Of a DNA stretch of 64,000 nt, positions 10,301 to 19,292 are shown piece after piece. This stretch comes from Gemmatimonas sp. (GTDB taxonomy: Bacteria; Gemmatimonadota; Gemmatimonadetes; Gemmatimonadales; Gemmatimonadaceae). The stretch covers positions 1 through 64,000 of the forward strand of contig JANNVQ010000034.1 of assembly GCA_031414535.1 (NCBI GenBank), in the 5' to 3' direction. How positions within the stretch are numbered: position 1 is the first letter of the stretch; each line of letters begins with the position of its first letter. A program made the position numbers and the translations under genes. The notes under the pieces were generated by a model. It saw nothing but the letters and a program-made list of their open reading frames with translations, did not search any database and was not told where the DNA came from.

Positions 10301-11842
10301 CGCATCAGCGCCGACTCACTCGACCTGAAAATTTTTGAACGGCTCACGCGCAACGGCAACAGCAACGGCACCGCTAGCGGAACCATGCAGGTGGGGATCG
10401 ACTTGAGCGGCACTTGGGCCCGCCCGCGTGCCGATGGCGCCATCCGCGTTCGCAACGGTGTGCTCTCGCCCGCCGCCCTCGGTGCCGTGCGTTGGGGCGG
10501 CGTGCAAGCCGAGATCGGATTCATCGGCGACTCAGTGGCCGTTCGCAGCTTCAGTGCGAATTCCGCGACGCAGGCGCCGGCACGCGCCGGGCGCGCCTCA
10601 CTCTCTGGGTGGGTTGAGCTCTCTGACTTTGACAATCCGCGGATGGACCTGCGCATCAACGCGCGCGAGTTCAATGTGTACGCCGTGCCTGGTACCGCCG
10701 ACATCGATGTCTCGGGTGCCCTGCGCCTCGCCGGGTCCTGGCGCGGCGCGACGCTCACAGGTGCGCTCACGGCGGACCGGGCAATCATCGGCATTCCCGA
10801 GCTCGCCACCAAGGACGTCATCTCGCTCGAAGGTCCCGATCGCTTCGGTGTGGAGGACACAATCGTTATCGTGGATGGGGCCAGCCTGCGCGGCGCACCT
10901 CCCGCGTTCATCGAGAACCTCACGGTCGCCAACGTGCCCATCAGCATGGGCCGCGACGTATGGATTCGCTCCTCCGAAGCCAACATCAATCTCGGCGGAC
11001 AAGTGAGCGTGACGCGCGGGCGCATCGCCCGCGGACCGAATGCGGGACAAGTGCAACTCGCGGTCGATGGCCCTCTGCAGACCGTGCGCGGGACCTATCG
11101 CCTCAACCTCGGCCCCGTGCAGCGTACCTTCACCGTGGAACAAGGTGAGATTCGCTTCTTCGGCGATCCCGAGCTGAATCCCTCGCTCAACATCAACGCC
11201 CTCCACACGGTGCGGCAGTACAGCGAAGGCGGCGCGCGTCCCGACGTACGCGTGCGCGTACACCTTGGTGGCACCCTGCGGCAACCATCGGCCGACCTCT
11301 CCACGCCGGACTCCTTGCGGGTCACCAACTCCGATCTCATCTCGTACCTCGTCACGGGGGGGCCGAGTTACGAGATCGCGCGCGATGGTGATGTGACTTC
11401 CACCGCGGCGCGCGTGTTGCTCGGTTCCGTTGGGTCTGTGCTTGGCAACAAGGTGGCCGGCGGCCTCTGCGACGACGCCCAGCTCACCACGGCCGGACTC
11501 GATGCCTATCAGGGCGGCGTGCGAGGCGTGGGCGGCAGCATTCTCTCCGGCTCGCGATTTAACTGTGCCAAGCAGGTGGGCGATCGCGCCTTCATTCGTC
11601 TGGACGCGGGCCTCTGCGGCGTCGGTCAACTCGTCTCGCAGGGCGGAGGCGGCAGCGGCATCGGCGACGCGCTCGGCGTGAAGTTCGAGTACCTGCTCGG
11701 ACGCGGCTTCTCGGCATCCTTTGGTGTGGAGCCGCCCACGAGCGCGACGCTCTGCAGCTCGGACGCCACAAACTCGGCTCGAGGATTCGTACCAACACCT
11801 CGTCAACTCGGCATTGACCTTTTTCGTGCGTGGCGGTTTTGA
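7364..11842 (+). CDS. Translocation and assembly module TamB-like protein
   Basis: N-terminal TM anchor, long beta-rich body, TamB/DUF490-like C-terminus (GEIRFFGDPELNPSLNI); directly follows the Omp85 gene. Confidence 0.85.
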   Translation: MALSRRALVALVSAGLMLAIAAAAIGGLVAATQSEEGREWIRRVTEAQLERTFRGKVHLGKLSGSFITDLSTDSLLISGLNDSVFVATGPLRVTFDPRDLADGRIILRSLDVERPFVAVRRETDGAWMHEKIFPRRVGRRVLRRRTAFGAVFVIENTRLRRGEVAMFLPIANDSVSGEARTRAWRWTNLDLDVPRARLAYPDSVGIQVTIARLDVDESAPPFKFRNVAGDVRLYQDTLRVDFSNFSLPGSQGRAVGRVTWQRGQAARFVFRVEADSMALADVAWINPAIPTEGGGRMRLDVRNNPRDLQLMEYVITQMDVRSHASRLSGQMTWGVKGTDVALRNVDLDLAPLSVELIERFSQGPLPIPLRGRLVGRVRGRGGPLSAFVVDDATATFFDGNVPGATAQFRANGTVDITDPAYPVFLGVNMNVASFDMRTAQALEPSLPKLNGTLSGTARLDSVWGDMRLSNVDITHRDGDGPASRMLGRGRVSWDAASPLRWDLDVQALPISFTTLALSFPELPLRGEYEGPVRTSGTADDLTIVTNLGGPAGRFDLDMRLDNALPNYRMVGVLNLKSLDPRILLDDLRVPEGELSGRVTADVGYEELADLIGNVDIDLQRSTLSGIRIFAGSARLTFGAGMARLDTLSLETSAVDVAATGALGLAEGLSDTVKVRVRMDSLGGLRALLNRPAGDSISGAALLDARIHGWVRNFAVDATATATGLRFAGNTAQALSAQSQLSGFPGAPSGQLFVNGDTIVAGGLGLVSFSGNARLAGTDPAGIQVRAAGNAGIVLGLGGTLAFNGDSTSVRADSLRLQTSLHAWQLQAPASLFVAAGGFRLDTITLVAGDRSRMRFAGGLPQEGTIDFSLSGRDVPMADVAEILQMDDVGSGRFDFSGQFSGTRQESTFEGQGELRNGLLAGVRLDTLRTQIRAVSDRVDMRFVLGSAQRPSLTANAVLPLRLDLAGTGTGLVAEGPLSGRISADSLDLKIFERLTRNGNSNGTASGTMQVGIDLSGTWARPRADGAIRVRNGVLSPAALGAVRWGGVQAEIGFIGDSVAVRSFSANSATQAPARAGRASLSGWVELSDFDNPRMDLRINAREFNVYAVPGTADIDVSGALRLAGSWRGATLTGALTADRAIIGIPELATKDVISLEGPDRFGVEDTIVIVDGASLRGAPPAFIENLTVANVPISMGRDVWIRSSEANINLGGQVSVTRGRIARGPNAGQVQLAVDGPLQTVRGTYRLNLGPVQRTFTVEQGEIRFFGDPELNPSLNINALHTVRQYSEGGARPDVRVRVHLGGTLRQPSADLSTPDSLRVTNSDLISYLVTGGPSYEIARDGDVTSTAARVLLGSVGSVLGNKVAGGLCDDAQLTTAGLDAYQGGVRGVGGSILSGSRFNCAKQVGDRAFIRLDAGLCGVGQLVSQGGGGSGIGDALGVKFEYLLGRGFSASFGVEPPTSATLCSSDATNSARGFVPTPRQLGIDLFRAWRF

Positions 11843-12756
11843 TGTCCGCTGCCTTAAAGCGGGACGCACGTCGCGACCCATTGCTGGTCGTGAATCCTGC
11901 CGCGCGCGGTGGACGCTCCGCTGAGGGCGCCGCGCTTGCGGCGTTCACGCGTGCGGGGTTCGCGCCCCGTCTGCACCGCACGGCCTCGGCCGGTCATGCC
12001 GCCGAGATTGCCGCCGCAGAGGCCGGCGACGGTGATGTGTTCGTGCTCGGCGGCGACGGCACCGTGATGGAAGTCGTCGGCGCACTCGTGGGACGCGGAA
12101 ACGCAGTTGGCGTTTTGCCCGGCGGGACGGGCAACCAGCTGGCACGGCATCTCGGCATTCCGCTCTCCGTGTCGCGCGCCGTGGCGGCGCTCGCTCACGC
12201 GAGATGCGTGACTCTCGACCTTGGGCGCCTTGCTGACGGCCGGTACTTCTCGCTTACGGCAGGCATCGGACTCGACGCCGAGATGATTGCACGCACAAGC
12301 ACCGCGTCCAAGCGCCGTTTTGGCGTTGGTGCCTACATGGCGGGTGCGGCTCGCGCGCTGCCCAATATCAAGCCCTTCACGGTACGCCTTACCGTAGACG
12401 GCAAGAGCTTTGAGCGTAGTGCGAGCTTGGCGATGATTGCCAATGTCGGCGCGATCATGGACGGTCGCTTCGGGCTTGGGCCAGGCGTCACGCCAGACGA
12501 CGGCTGGCTGGACCTCTGCGTGCTCTCGCCCATGGGCGTGGCAGATGGACTACGCCTCGCCTGGAAGATGGCTCGACGTGATTTCCGTCCCGATCCGCAG
12601 ATGCTGTTTGTGCGGGCCAAGGTGGTGCGAATAGAGGGAATTGCCGGCGTGCCGGCCCAAGCCGACGGCGAGTTGCTGGCCTCGCCGATACTTGAGGCAT
12701 CTGTGGTGCCGAAGGCGGCGCGCTTTCTCGCGCCCATTTCCGCATATTCACGCTGA
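11842..12756 (+). CDS. Diacylglycerol/lipid kinase family protein (YegS/DAGK)
   Basis: NPAARG, GGDGT, PGGTGN, QADGE; ATG overlaps the tamB TGA. Confidence 0.9.
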   Translation: MSAALKRDARRDPLLVVNPAARGGRSAEGAALAAFTRAGFAPRLHRTASAGHAAEIAAAEAGDGDVFVLGGDGTVMEVVGALVGRGNAVGVLPGGTGNQLARHLGIPLSVSRAVAALAHARCVTLDLGRLADGRYFSLTAGIGLDAEMIARTSTASKRRFGVGAYMAGAARALPNIKPFTVRLTVDGKSFERSASLAMIANVGAIMDGRFGLGPGVTPDDGWLDLCVLSPMGVADGLRLAWKMARRDFRPDPQMLFVRAKVVRIEGIAGVPAQADGELLASPILEASVVPKAARFLAPISAYSR

Positions 12757-14702
12757 TGCCGGACCACTCGCCCGTCGGGCTCGCCCACGACAATAAGCTC
12801 GAGCCGCGCCTTCGGGCCCTGCTCTCCGAGTTGCCTCCCGCACAGGCCGCGGTGCTCGAGGAGCTGTGGCGCGAGCGCGAGCGCTTGGTCTCGCTCGCCG
12901 AGCAGCATCGCTTGGTGCTGCAGTCAGTCACCGATGCCATCCTCGTGACGGGCGTAGGCAGCGTAGTGGAGTACGCCAACGACGCGGCGCACCAGCTCTT
13001 TAACGTGAAGCGCACTCTGCGCAATCTGCGGCTTGCGGATCTGTTCACCGGTGATGACCAAGATCAGGCTCGCGCTCACGTGCAACGCGCCTTGGCGGGC
13101 GATGCCGTGCGTGCGCAGCTGGCCGTGACGCGAGCCGATGGCGATCGGCGTCGCGTGAACGCGAGCCTGAGTCCCATACGCGAGCATGGAGGAGTCTCGG
13201 GTCTCGTGGCCGTGTTTACTGACTTCTCTGACGAAGCGCGTGCCCGCGATGAAGTCTCGGCGTCCAACACACGCTTCCGCGACTTGGCCGAGGTCGCCAG
13301 CGACGCGATCTGGACCGTGGACCGTCGAGGTTTGTTCACCTCCGTGAATCCGGCGACGCTCGAACTCTGCGGACTCACGCGCTCCGAGATGCTGGGACGT
13401 AGCGCTATTCCCATGATTGCCGCTGACGATCGCCAGGCCGTCTCCGGTCACTTTCGCGTGGTGTTGGGCGGCCAACGCCAGCGCTACGAGTGCCACATCG
13501 TGCGCAAGGACGGATCGCGGCGCTTGGTGTCGGTGGCCAACAGTCCGATTCTTGCGCACGGAAGCGTGAACGGCATTCTGGGTGTGGTCCGGGATCTCAC
13601 GGAGGAGCGTTCGCGAGCCGTGGCGCTCCAACAACTCGAGTCGCGCTATTCGCGCCTCACGGACTCCGCCGAGGACGCCATCGCCACCCTAGATGCGGAC
13701 GGGCACTTTACCTCGGTAAACCGCGCGCTCGAGAAAGTCTCTGGTCGCCCGCGTACTGCCCTCGTTGGCACGCACTTCGTGGAGTTGCTGCAACCGGCGG
13801 AGCGTGCGGAGATGTGGCGACTGTTCGCGTCTACCATCGGCGGTGAACGGACCAAGCGCGAAGTACGCTTTACGCGTCCCGACGGCACCCATCGCATTGC
13901 CACGGTATTCGCGAACCCGCTTATCGAAGGGGGTCGTATCACCGGCGTGCTCGCCGTGGCCCGCGATGTCACCGACGAGCGTCGGCTGCAGGAGCAGGTG
14001 GCGCGTCAGGAGAAGCTCGCCGCCCTGGGCGAACTCGTGAGCGGTGTGGCCCACGAGCTCAACTCGCCCCTGCAGGCCATCCTCACCCATGCGCAGTACG
14101 TCGAGCGATTGTCTGGCATCAGCGCCGAGACCATGGAATCAGCGCAGAACGTGGTCGCGGAGGCGAAGCGCGCCTCGCGCATCGTCAACAAGCTGCTGAC
14201 CTTCGCGCGGCAGAATCCCGCCGAGCGCATGGTCACCGATGTCAATCAGGTCCTAGAGGACACGATTGAGTTGCGTCGCTATCCGTTACGCGTGCAGGAC
14301 ATCACGTTAGAGGTGGATCTGGATCGCAGTTTGCCCACGACCTGGGCTGACCCTTTCCAGCTGCAGCAGGTATTCATCAATCTGCTCGGCAACGCCGAGC
14401 AGGCCGTGTCGCCTCACGGTGGAGAGCGGAGAATTACGGTCCGTACGAGGCGAGAGGAGGAAAATCTCGTCATTGAGGTCGCGGATTCGGGTCCCGGTAT
14501 TGCGCCTGAGCATCTGGCGCACATCTTCAACCCGTTCTACACGACGAAGCCACGCGGCTCTGGGACCGGCCTAGGCCTGTCCATTGCCGATGGGATCGTC
14601 AGGGAGCACGGTGGCTCCCTTCGTGTACAGTCTGACCTGGGCCGCGGGGCGCGGTTCGAGGTAGTGCTCCCGCTGGTTCCACCGCCAGCGATTCCCTCGT
14701 GA
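12756..14702 (+). CDS. Cytoplasmic multi-PAS sensor histidine kinase (NtrB-like)
   Basis: Three PAS repeats, AHELNSPL H-box, NAEQA, DSGPG, GTGLGL; no TM segment. Confidence 0.92.
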   Translation: MPDHSPVGLAHDNKLEPRLRALLSELPPAQAAVLEELWRERERLVSLAEQHRLVLQSVTDAILVTGVGSVVEYANDAAHQLFNVKRTLRNLRLADLFTGDDQDQARAHVQRALAGDAVRAQLAVTRADGDRRRVNASLSPIREHGGVSGLVAVFTDFSDEARARDEVSASNTRFRDLAEVASDAIWTVDRRGLFTSVNPATLELCGLTRSEMLGRSAIPMIAADDRQAVSGHFRVVLGGQRQRYECHIVRKDGSRRLVSVANSPILAHGSVNGILGVVRDLTEERSRAVALQQLESRYSRLTDSAEDAIATLDADGHFTSVNRALEKVSGRPRTALVGTHFVELLQPAERAEMWRLFASTIGGERTKREVRFTRPDGTHRIATVFANPLIEGGRITGVLAVARDVTDERRLQEQVARQEKLAALGELVSGVAHELNSPLQAILTHAQYVERLSGISAETMESAQNVVAEAKRASRIVNKLLTFARQNPAERMVTDVNQVLEDTIELRRYPLRVQDITLEVDLDRSLPTTWADPFQLQQVFINLLGNAEQAVSPHGGERRITVRTRREEENLVIEVADSGPGIAPEHLAHIFNPFYTTKPRGSGTGLGLSIADGIVREHGGSLRVQSDLGRGARFEVVLPLVPPPAIPS

Positions 14703-14709
14703 TTAAGTA

Positions 14710-16056
14710 ATGGCAAGTATCCTCATCATCGACGACGAGGTGGCCATCGCGACCGCGTTCGCGATGTTCTTCCGCCACGATGGGCAGCATACGGTGGCCG
14801 AGGCCTACACGGGCGCGGAGGGCATCGCTGCCTACGAGCGCCTGCGCCCTGACTTGGTGCTACTCGACGTTCGCCTCCCGGACATGACCGGCTTCGATGT
14901 GCTCGCCGCCATTCGTGAGCACAACCCCGTCGTCATCATGGTCACAGCCTATGGTGATGTACCGATGGCCGTGGACGCGTTGCACAAGGGCGCCGAAAAT
15001 TTCCTCACGAAGCCCGTGGACTTGAGCCACCTCAAGGCGTCTGCCGAGCGCGCGCTCGAGAAGGCGCAGCTGCGCCGCTTGAGCCGTTGGCTCACGGAGA
15101 AGCGCGGCGCCGAGAAGGGTCTCGTGTTCGGCTCGTCGCCGCAGATGCGCGAACTGCAGGCGCAAATCCAGTTGCTCGCCGCCTCCGACCGCACCACGGC
15201 GCTCATTCTCGGTGAGAGCGGTGCGGGCAAGGGCCGCGTGGCGGAACTGCTGCACGCGCAGAGCCCGCGTGCGGGCAAGCCGTTCGTCGAAATCAATTGT
15301 GCCACCTTGCGCCTCGAGTCGCTGGATAGCGAACTCTTTGGTGTCGAGGCCGGCAATGAGCATGGCGTCACCAAGGCCGGTGCCTTCGAGATTGCCGACG
15401 GCGGCACGCTGTTCCTCGATGAGATTGCTGACCTCGATCCCATTCTCCAGCCAAAGCTGGTGCGTGTGCTCGAGGGCAAGGGATTCCGTCGCGTCGGTGG
15501 TCGCGAGGAAATCACACCGAACGTGCGTGTCATCGCGGCGTCGTCTGAGGACTTGCAGGCGGCGGTCGCTGCCGGCCGCTTCCGTGAGGATCTGTATTAT
15601 CGCCTCGCCGTGATGCCCATTGGGCTGCCGCCCCTGCGCCTGCGCGTGCGTGAGGACCTGCTGGAACTCATTGCGGCCGTGCAGGACGCGCTCCTGCAGT
15701 CTTTGCCAGGGGCACCCACCTCACTGACCGACGCGGCGCTCGATGCCATCCTGCGCTACAACTGGCCGGGCAACATCCGCGAGCTTCGCAACGTTCTTGA
15801 GCGTGCCATGCTGATGGCGCGTGGGCTTCCCGGTGTGGATGTCCTGCACTTGCCACGCGAAGTGGCCAATGCCAGCGGTGGCGATGTATCGCACCACGAT
15901 CCGCGCTCGCTGTCGGAAGTGGAGCGCGCGCACATTGATCGGACGCTTCGCGCCCACGCGCAGAATCGCACGCACGCGGCCAAGGAACTCGGCATCTCGC
16001 GCGCAACACTGATCAAGAAGATTCGGGAGTACGACCTCTCAGATCGCCCCAGATAG
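14710..16056 (+). CDS. NtrC-family response regulator (REC-AAA+-Fis HTH)
   Basis: LLDVRLP, GESGAGK, TLFLDEI, FREDLYYRL, WPGNIREL, AAKELGISR; GAFTGA loop absent. Confidence 0.92.
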   Translation: MASILIIDDEVAIATAFAMFFRHDGQHTVAEAYTGAEGIAAYERLRPDLVLLDVRLPDMTGFDVLAAIREHNPVVIMVTAYGDVPMAVDALHKGAENFLTKPVDLSHLKASAERALEKAQLRRLSRWLTEKRGAEKGLVFGSSPQMRELQAQIQLLAASDRTTALILGESGAGKGRVAELLHAQSPRAGKPFVEINCATLRLESLDSELFGVEAGNEHGVTKAGAFEIADGGTLFLDEIADLDPILQPKLVRVLEGKGFRRVGGREEITPNVRVIAASSEDLQAAVAAGRFREDLYYRLAVMPIGLPPLRLRVREDLLELIAAVQDALLQSLPGAPTSLTDAALDAILRYNWPGNIRELRNVLERAMLMARGLPGVDVLHLPREVANASGGDVSHHDPRSLSEVERAHIDRTLRAHAQNRTHAAKELGISRATLIKKIREYDLSDRPR

Positions 16057-16064
16057 GAGGCCAA

Positions 16065-16244
16065 GTGACTGAACGCGACACCATGGTCTGCCGCTCCTGC
16101 GGCAAAGAGGAGCGGGCCAGCGAAGGCTATCCCTGCGAGAACTGCGGGACATTCGTGTGCCAGATTTGCATGATGCGAGGCGTCACGCTCTGCGCGAGTT
16201 GCCAGGCCGCCGAGGACGCCAAGGACGAGTCCGAGGACTCGTGA
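16065..16244 (+). CDS. Small Cys-rich putative zinc-binding protein, 59 aa (not in the ORF track)
   Basis: AGGAGG at 16055-16060, GTG 16065 (or ATG 16083); (M)TERDTMVCRSCGKEERASEGYPCENCGTFVCQICMMRGVTLCASCQAAEDAKDESEDS; TGA overlaps the next GTG. Confidence 0.8.
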   Translation: MTERDTMVCRSCGKEERASEGYPCENCGTFVCQICMMRGVTLCASCQAAEDAKDESEDS

Positions 16245-17221
16245 GCGCCGCGCAGTCACTGGCGCGCTTCGGCATTGCCGTTGGGCACAGTACGGATGTT
16301 GCGGGCGCCACGGGCTGCACGGTGGTGCGTGGCATCTCGGCAGCACACAGAGCCGCATGCGCGGTCATTGGCCGCGCCACCGGTTCGCGCGAACTCGCAC
16401 TGCTGACGCCTGGCCACCTCGTCGAGCGAGTGGACGCGGTGTTGCTCACCGGCGGCTCGGCATACGGGCTCGATGCCGCCGCCGGCGTGATGCGGTGGAT
16501 GGAAGAGCACGGCCGCGGATTCCCCGTTGGCCCCGGGGTCGTGCCCATCGTGCCGGCCGCGGTCATCTTCGACCTGCTTCCGTTGGGACGCTTCGATGCG
16601 CGTCCCACCCCCGAGATGGCCTACGCCGCCTGCGATTCTGCTACAAGCGAGCAGGTGGCCGAGGGCTGCATTGGTGCCGGCACGGGTGCCACCGTCGGCA
16701 AGATTCGCGGCGCCGCTGGCGCCATGAAGGGTGGTCTTGGCATCGCGGTGGCAGAGGGTGAGGCCTGTGCGGCGGTGGCGGTGGCGGTGGTCAACGCCTT
16801 TGGCGACGTGCGGGATGGGGAGGGTCGCATCATCGCTGGTGCGCGGCACGAAGACGGCCGCTTCGTGGACACCGCCAAGGCGCTGGCCGCCGGAACGGAG
16901 CGCGGCGGATTCGTCGCGGGCACCAATACCACGCTATGCGTCGTCGCGCTCGACTGCGCGTTTACGCGGCTCGAGCTGCAATCCATTGCCGAAGCGGCGG
17001 GCGAAGCGTTGATGAAGCGCATCACGCCCGCCGGAACCATCTCAGACGGTGATATCGTCTTCACGCTCGCGCCTATGGATGGGCCGACGGCATCATTGGC
17101 CGCGGGCGAGCGCGTTGCGAGACGCGCCGTTGAAGAGGCCATCGAGCGCGCCGTGCGCCTCGCCCAGGGACGCGATGGCGTTCCCGGCCTCGCGGATCTG
17201 TCTGCGAATCTGTCTGCTTAG
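16241..17221 (+). CDS. P1/S58 family peptidase (DmpA-like L-aminopeptidase/D-esterase)
   Basis: VGHSTD...TGCTVV, LTGGSAYGLDAAAGV, VPAAVIFDL, GAGTGATVGK, GTNTTL, DGDIVF; start GTG 16241. Confidence 0.88.
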   Translation: MSAAQSLARFGIAVGHSTDVAGATGCTVVRGISAAHRAACAVIGRATGSRELALLTPGHLVERVDAVLLTGGSAYGLDAAAGVMRWMEEHGRGFPVGPGVVPIVPAAVIFDLLPLGRFDARPTPEMAYAACDSATSEQVAEGCIGAGTGATVGKIRGAAGAMKGGLGIAVAEGEACAAVAVAVVNAFGDVRDGEGRIIAGARHEDGRFVDTAKALAAGTERGGFVAGTNTTLCVVALDCAFTRLELQSIAEAAGEALMKRITPAGTISDGDIVFTLAPMDGPTASLAAGERVARRAVEEAIERAVRLAQGRDGVPGLADLSANLSA

Positions 17222-17640
17222 CTGACCATTCCGCCGGTCGGCATCACCGGCGTACCCGCGCGCACGTGGAGAATAATCTCCGCGCTCACATCGGCATCGA
17301 GAATCACGCGCATCACGTGCGTGCCTGAGTGCTGGATGGGCAGGTCAATGGCCGCAATCACCGGCACGTCGAGCTCCGAGGCGCCTGGGGGCGGTGTGCC
17401 CACGTCGAGCTGCCCCGAGGACGACCACATCTCGTCGCCGTCAGGGCCCAGCCAGACGAAACCCAGCGAGTGGCGGCCCACGTCATCCGGCAGGGCCTTT
17501 AATCGCACCACCATCGTGGCCCTCGGATGCACCGCCGGCAGCGAAGCCACCTGCAGGGAATCGAAGACCCCGAGAATGTTGAGTTTGCCTTCTTGGGAGA
17601 TGTTCGCCGAGTCGGCGAAAAGCGCAAAGGATACGTGCAT
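17218..17640 (-). CDS. Conserved hypothetical beta-rich protein (DUF6941-like)
   Basis: ADSANISQEGKLNILGVFD; ATG 17640 follows TATTTT plus 6 nt. Confidence 0.7.
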   Translation of the reverse strand: MHVSFALFADSANISQEGKLNILGVFDSLQVASLPAVHPRATMVVRLKALPDDVGRHSLGFVWLGPDGDEMWSSSGQLDVGTPPPGASELDVPVIAAIDLPIQHSGTHVMRVILDADVSAEIILHVRAGTPVMPTGGMVS

Positions 17641-17724
17641 AGAGGAAAAATAGCGCGGCACCAATAGGTGCGCATCCGTGTTTATGGTTTATCGCAGTGT
17701 TGCCCCCGCTAGATTCCATAGGAT

Positions 17725-18603
17725 ATGACCGCCCTCCCGCGCGCATCGCGCGCCATTGAACTCAGTCTCGTCGGGATGGCGGTCATCTGGGGTGTCAACT
17801 TCTCCGTGATGAAGTACGGCACGCAGAACATGGCGCCCGTTGCGTACAACTTCCTGCGCATGAGCCTCGCCTGTGTGATTCTCTTGGCGATTGCCTACGC
17901 AAGACCCGGCCTACGGCCCTCCACCAAAGACCGTAATCGCCTGCTTTCCCTCGGCGTGCTTGGCCACTTTGTCTACCAGATGTTTTTCCTGCAGGGTCTC
18001 TCGATGACGCGCGCCGGCACCGCCGCGCTCGTCGTGGCGGCGAGCCCCGCGGCGGTGGCCATCGTCGCACGCCTCTCGGGCCACGAGAAGCTTCCGCTGC
18101 GCGCGGTGATGGGCATCGTGCTGTCCATCAGCGGCGTGATGCTCGTCGTCGGGGGCTCCGTCAGCTCTGACGGCACCAGCCACCTCCTCGGCGACCTGCT
18201 GATTCTCTGCGCGGTGATCGTGTGGGCCTTCTATACCACGGGCCTCGTTCCGCTCGCCCAGCACATCGCGCCTGCCCAAGTGGCGGCGTGGACGCTTGTG
18301 GGTGGCGTGGTGCCATTGGCCTTCGTGGCCGCTCCTGCGCTGTTACGCACCGATTGGGCCGGCATCACGCCGCTCACCTGGGGCGCCGTGCTCTACTCCG
18401 GCATTCTCGCGATGGTCGTGGCCTACCTCATTTGGTACTACGGCGTCCGCGCTATCGGCGCTACGCGCACCGCGATGTTCGCCAATCTCCAGCCGCTCGT
18501 GGCCGTGCTCTTTGCATGGGCCGTGCTCGGTGAAGTCCCCACGATCTTCCAGGGAGCTGGCGCGGCCGCAGTGCTTGGTGGACTCTATCTGGCACGCCGA
18601 TGA
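17725..18603 (+). CDS. DMT/EamA family transporter
   Basis: IWGVNF, about 10 hydrophobic segments, NLQPLVAV...LGE. Confidence 0.9.
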   Translation: MTALPRASRAIELSLVGMAVIWGVNFSVMKYGTQNMAPVAYNFLRMSLACVILLAIAYARPGLRPSTKDRNRLLSLGVLGHFVYQMFFLQGLSMTRAGTAALVVAASPAAVAIVARLSGHEKLPLRAVMGIVLSISGVMLVVGGSVSSDGTSHLLGDLLILCAVIVWAFYTTGLVPLAQHIAPAQVAAWTLVGGVVPLAFVAAPALLRTDWAGITPLTWGAVLYSGILAMVVAYLIWYYGVRAIGATRTAMFANLQPLVAVLFAWAVLGEVPTIFQGAGAAAVLGGLYLARR

Positions 18604-19292
18604 AAGTTGTTCTCTTTGATATTGACGGAACTCTCCTACTCTCCGATGGGGCCGGACGCCGCGCCATGGAACGCGTGTTGCTGGAGACCTTCGGCAATAC
18701 TGGGCCCACCTCGTATCGCTACGGCGGCAAGACCGACAAGCTCATCGTGCGTGAGACCATGCGCCTCGCCGGCATTCCGGACAACAAGATCGAGGCGGCG
18801 ATGGATAGCATCATCGCCGGGTATTTGCAGAACCTGCGCGACGAACTCACGAGCAATGCCAACGCCGCGCGCGCGCTGCCGGGTGTCTTTGAACTGCTCG
18901 ACGCCGTCGAACAACACAACGATCTCGTGCTGGGCCTCCTCACCGGAAACGTCGCAGAAGGAGCCGGTGTAAAGCTGCGCGCTGTGAAGATGGATCCCAA
19001 TCGCTTCAAAGTTGGCGCGTATGGGAGCGATCACGAGCTGCGTCCCATGCTGCCGCCCATCGCCCAGCAGCGCGCCAGCGCACTGCTCGGCCACGAGGTG
19101 CCAGGGGATCGCCTCATCATCATCGGCGACACCGAGCACGACATGACCTGCGGGCTAGGCGTAGGTGCCCGCGCCATTGGCGTGGCGACCGGGGGCGTAC
19201 CGCGCCACGAGTTGGAATCACACGCGCCGGCTGCCGTATTCGATGACTTCACCGATACGGCCAGCGTGATGGAGGCGATTCTCAATGCGTGA
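18600..19292 (+). CDS. HAD-superfamily hydrolase
   Basis: FDIDGT, LLTGN, IIGDTEHD. Confidence 0.9.
   Translation: MKVVLFDIDGTLLLSDGAGRRAMERVLLETFGNTGPTSYRYGGKTDKLIVRETMRLAGIPDNKIEAAMDSIIAGYLQNLRDELTSNANAARALPGVFELLDAVEQHNDLVLGLLTGNVAEGAGVKLRAVKMDPNRFKVGAYGSDHELRPMLPPIAQQRASALLGHEVPGDRLIIIGDTEHDMTCGLGVGARAIGVATGGVPRHELESHAPAAVFDDFTDTASVMEAILNA

Noticed and set aside
10598..11881. 427-aa minus-strand ORF
   Set aside because: Antisense to tamB; typical high-GC shadow frame
16157..16240. N-terminal extension of the P1 peptidase
   Set aside because: Region is better explained by the CxxC mini-gene; GTG 16241 overlaps its stop
17196..17217. ATCTGTCTGC duplicated with 12-nt period
   Set aside because: Single short duplication at a convergent gene end; no other copies noticed
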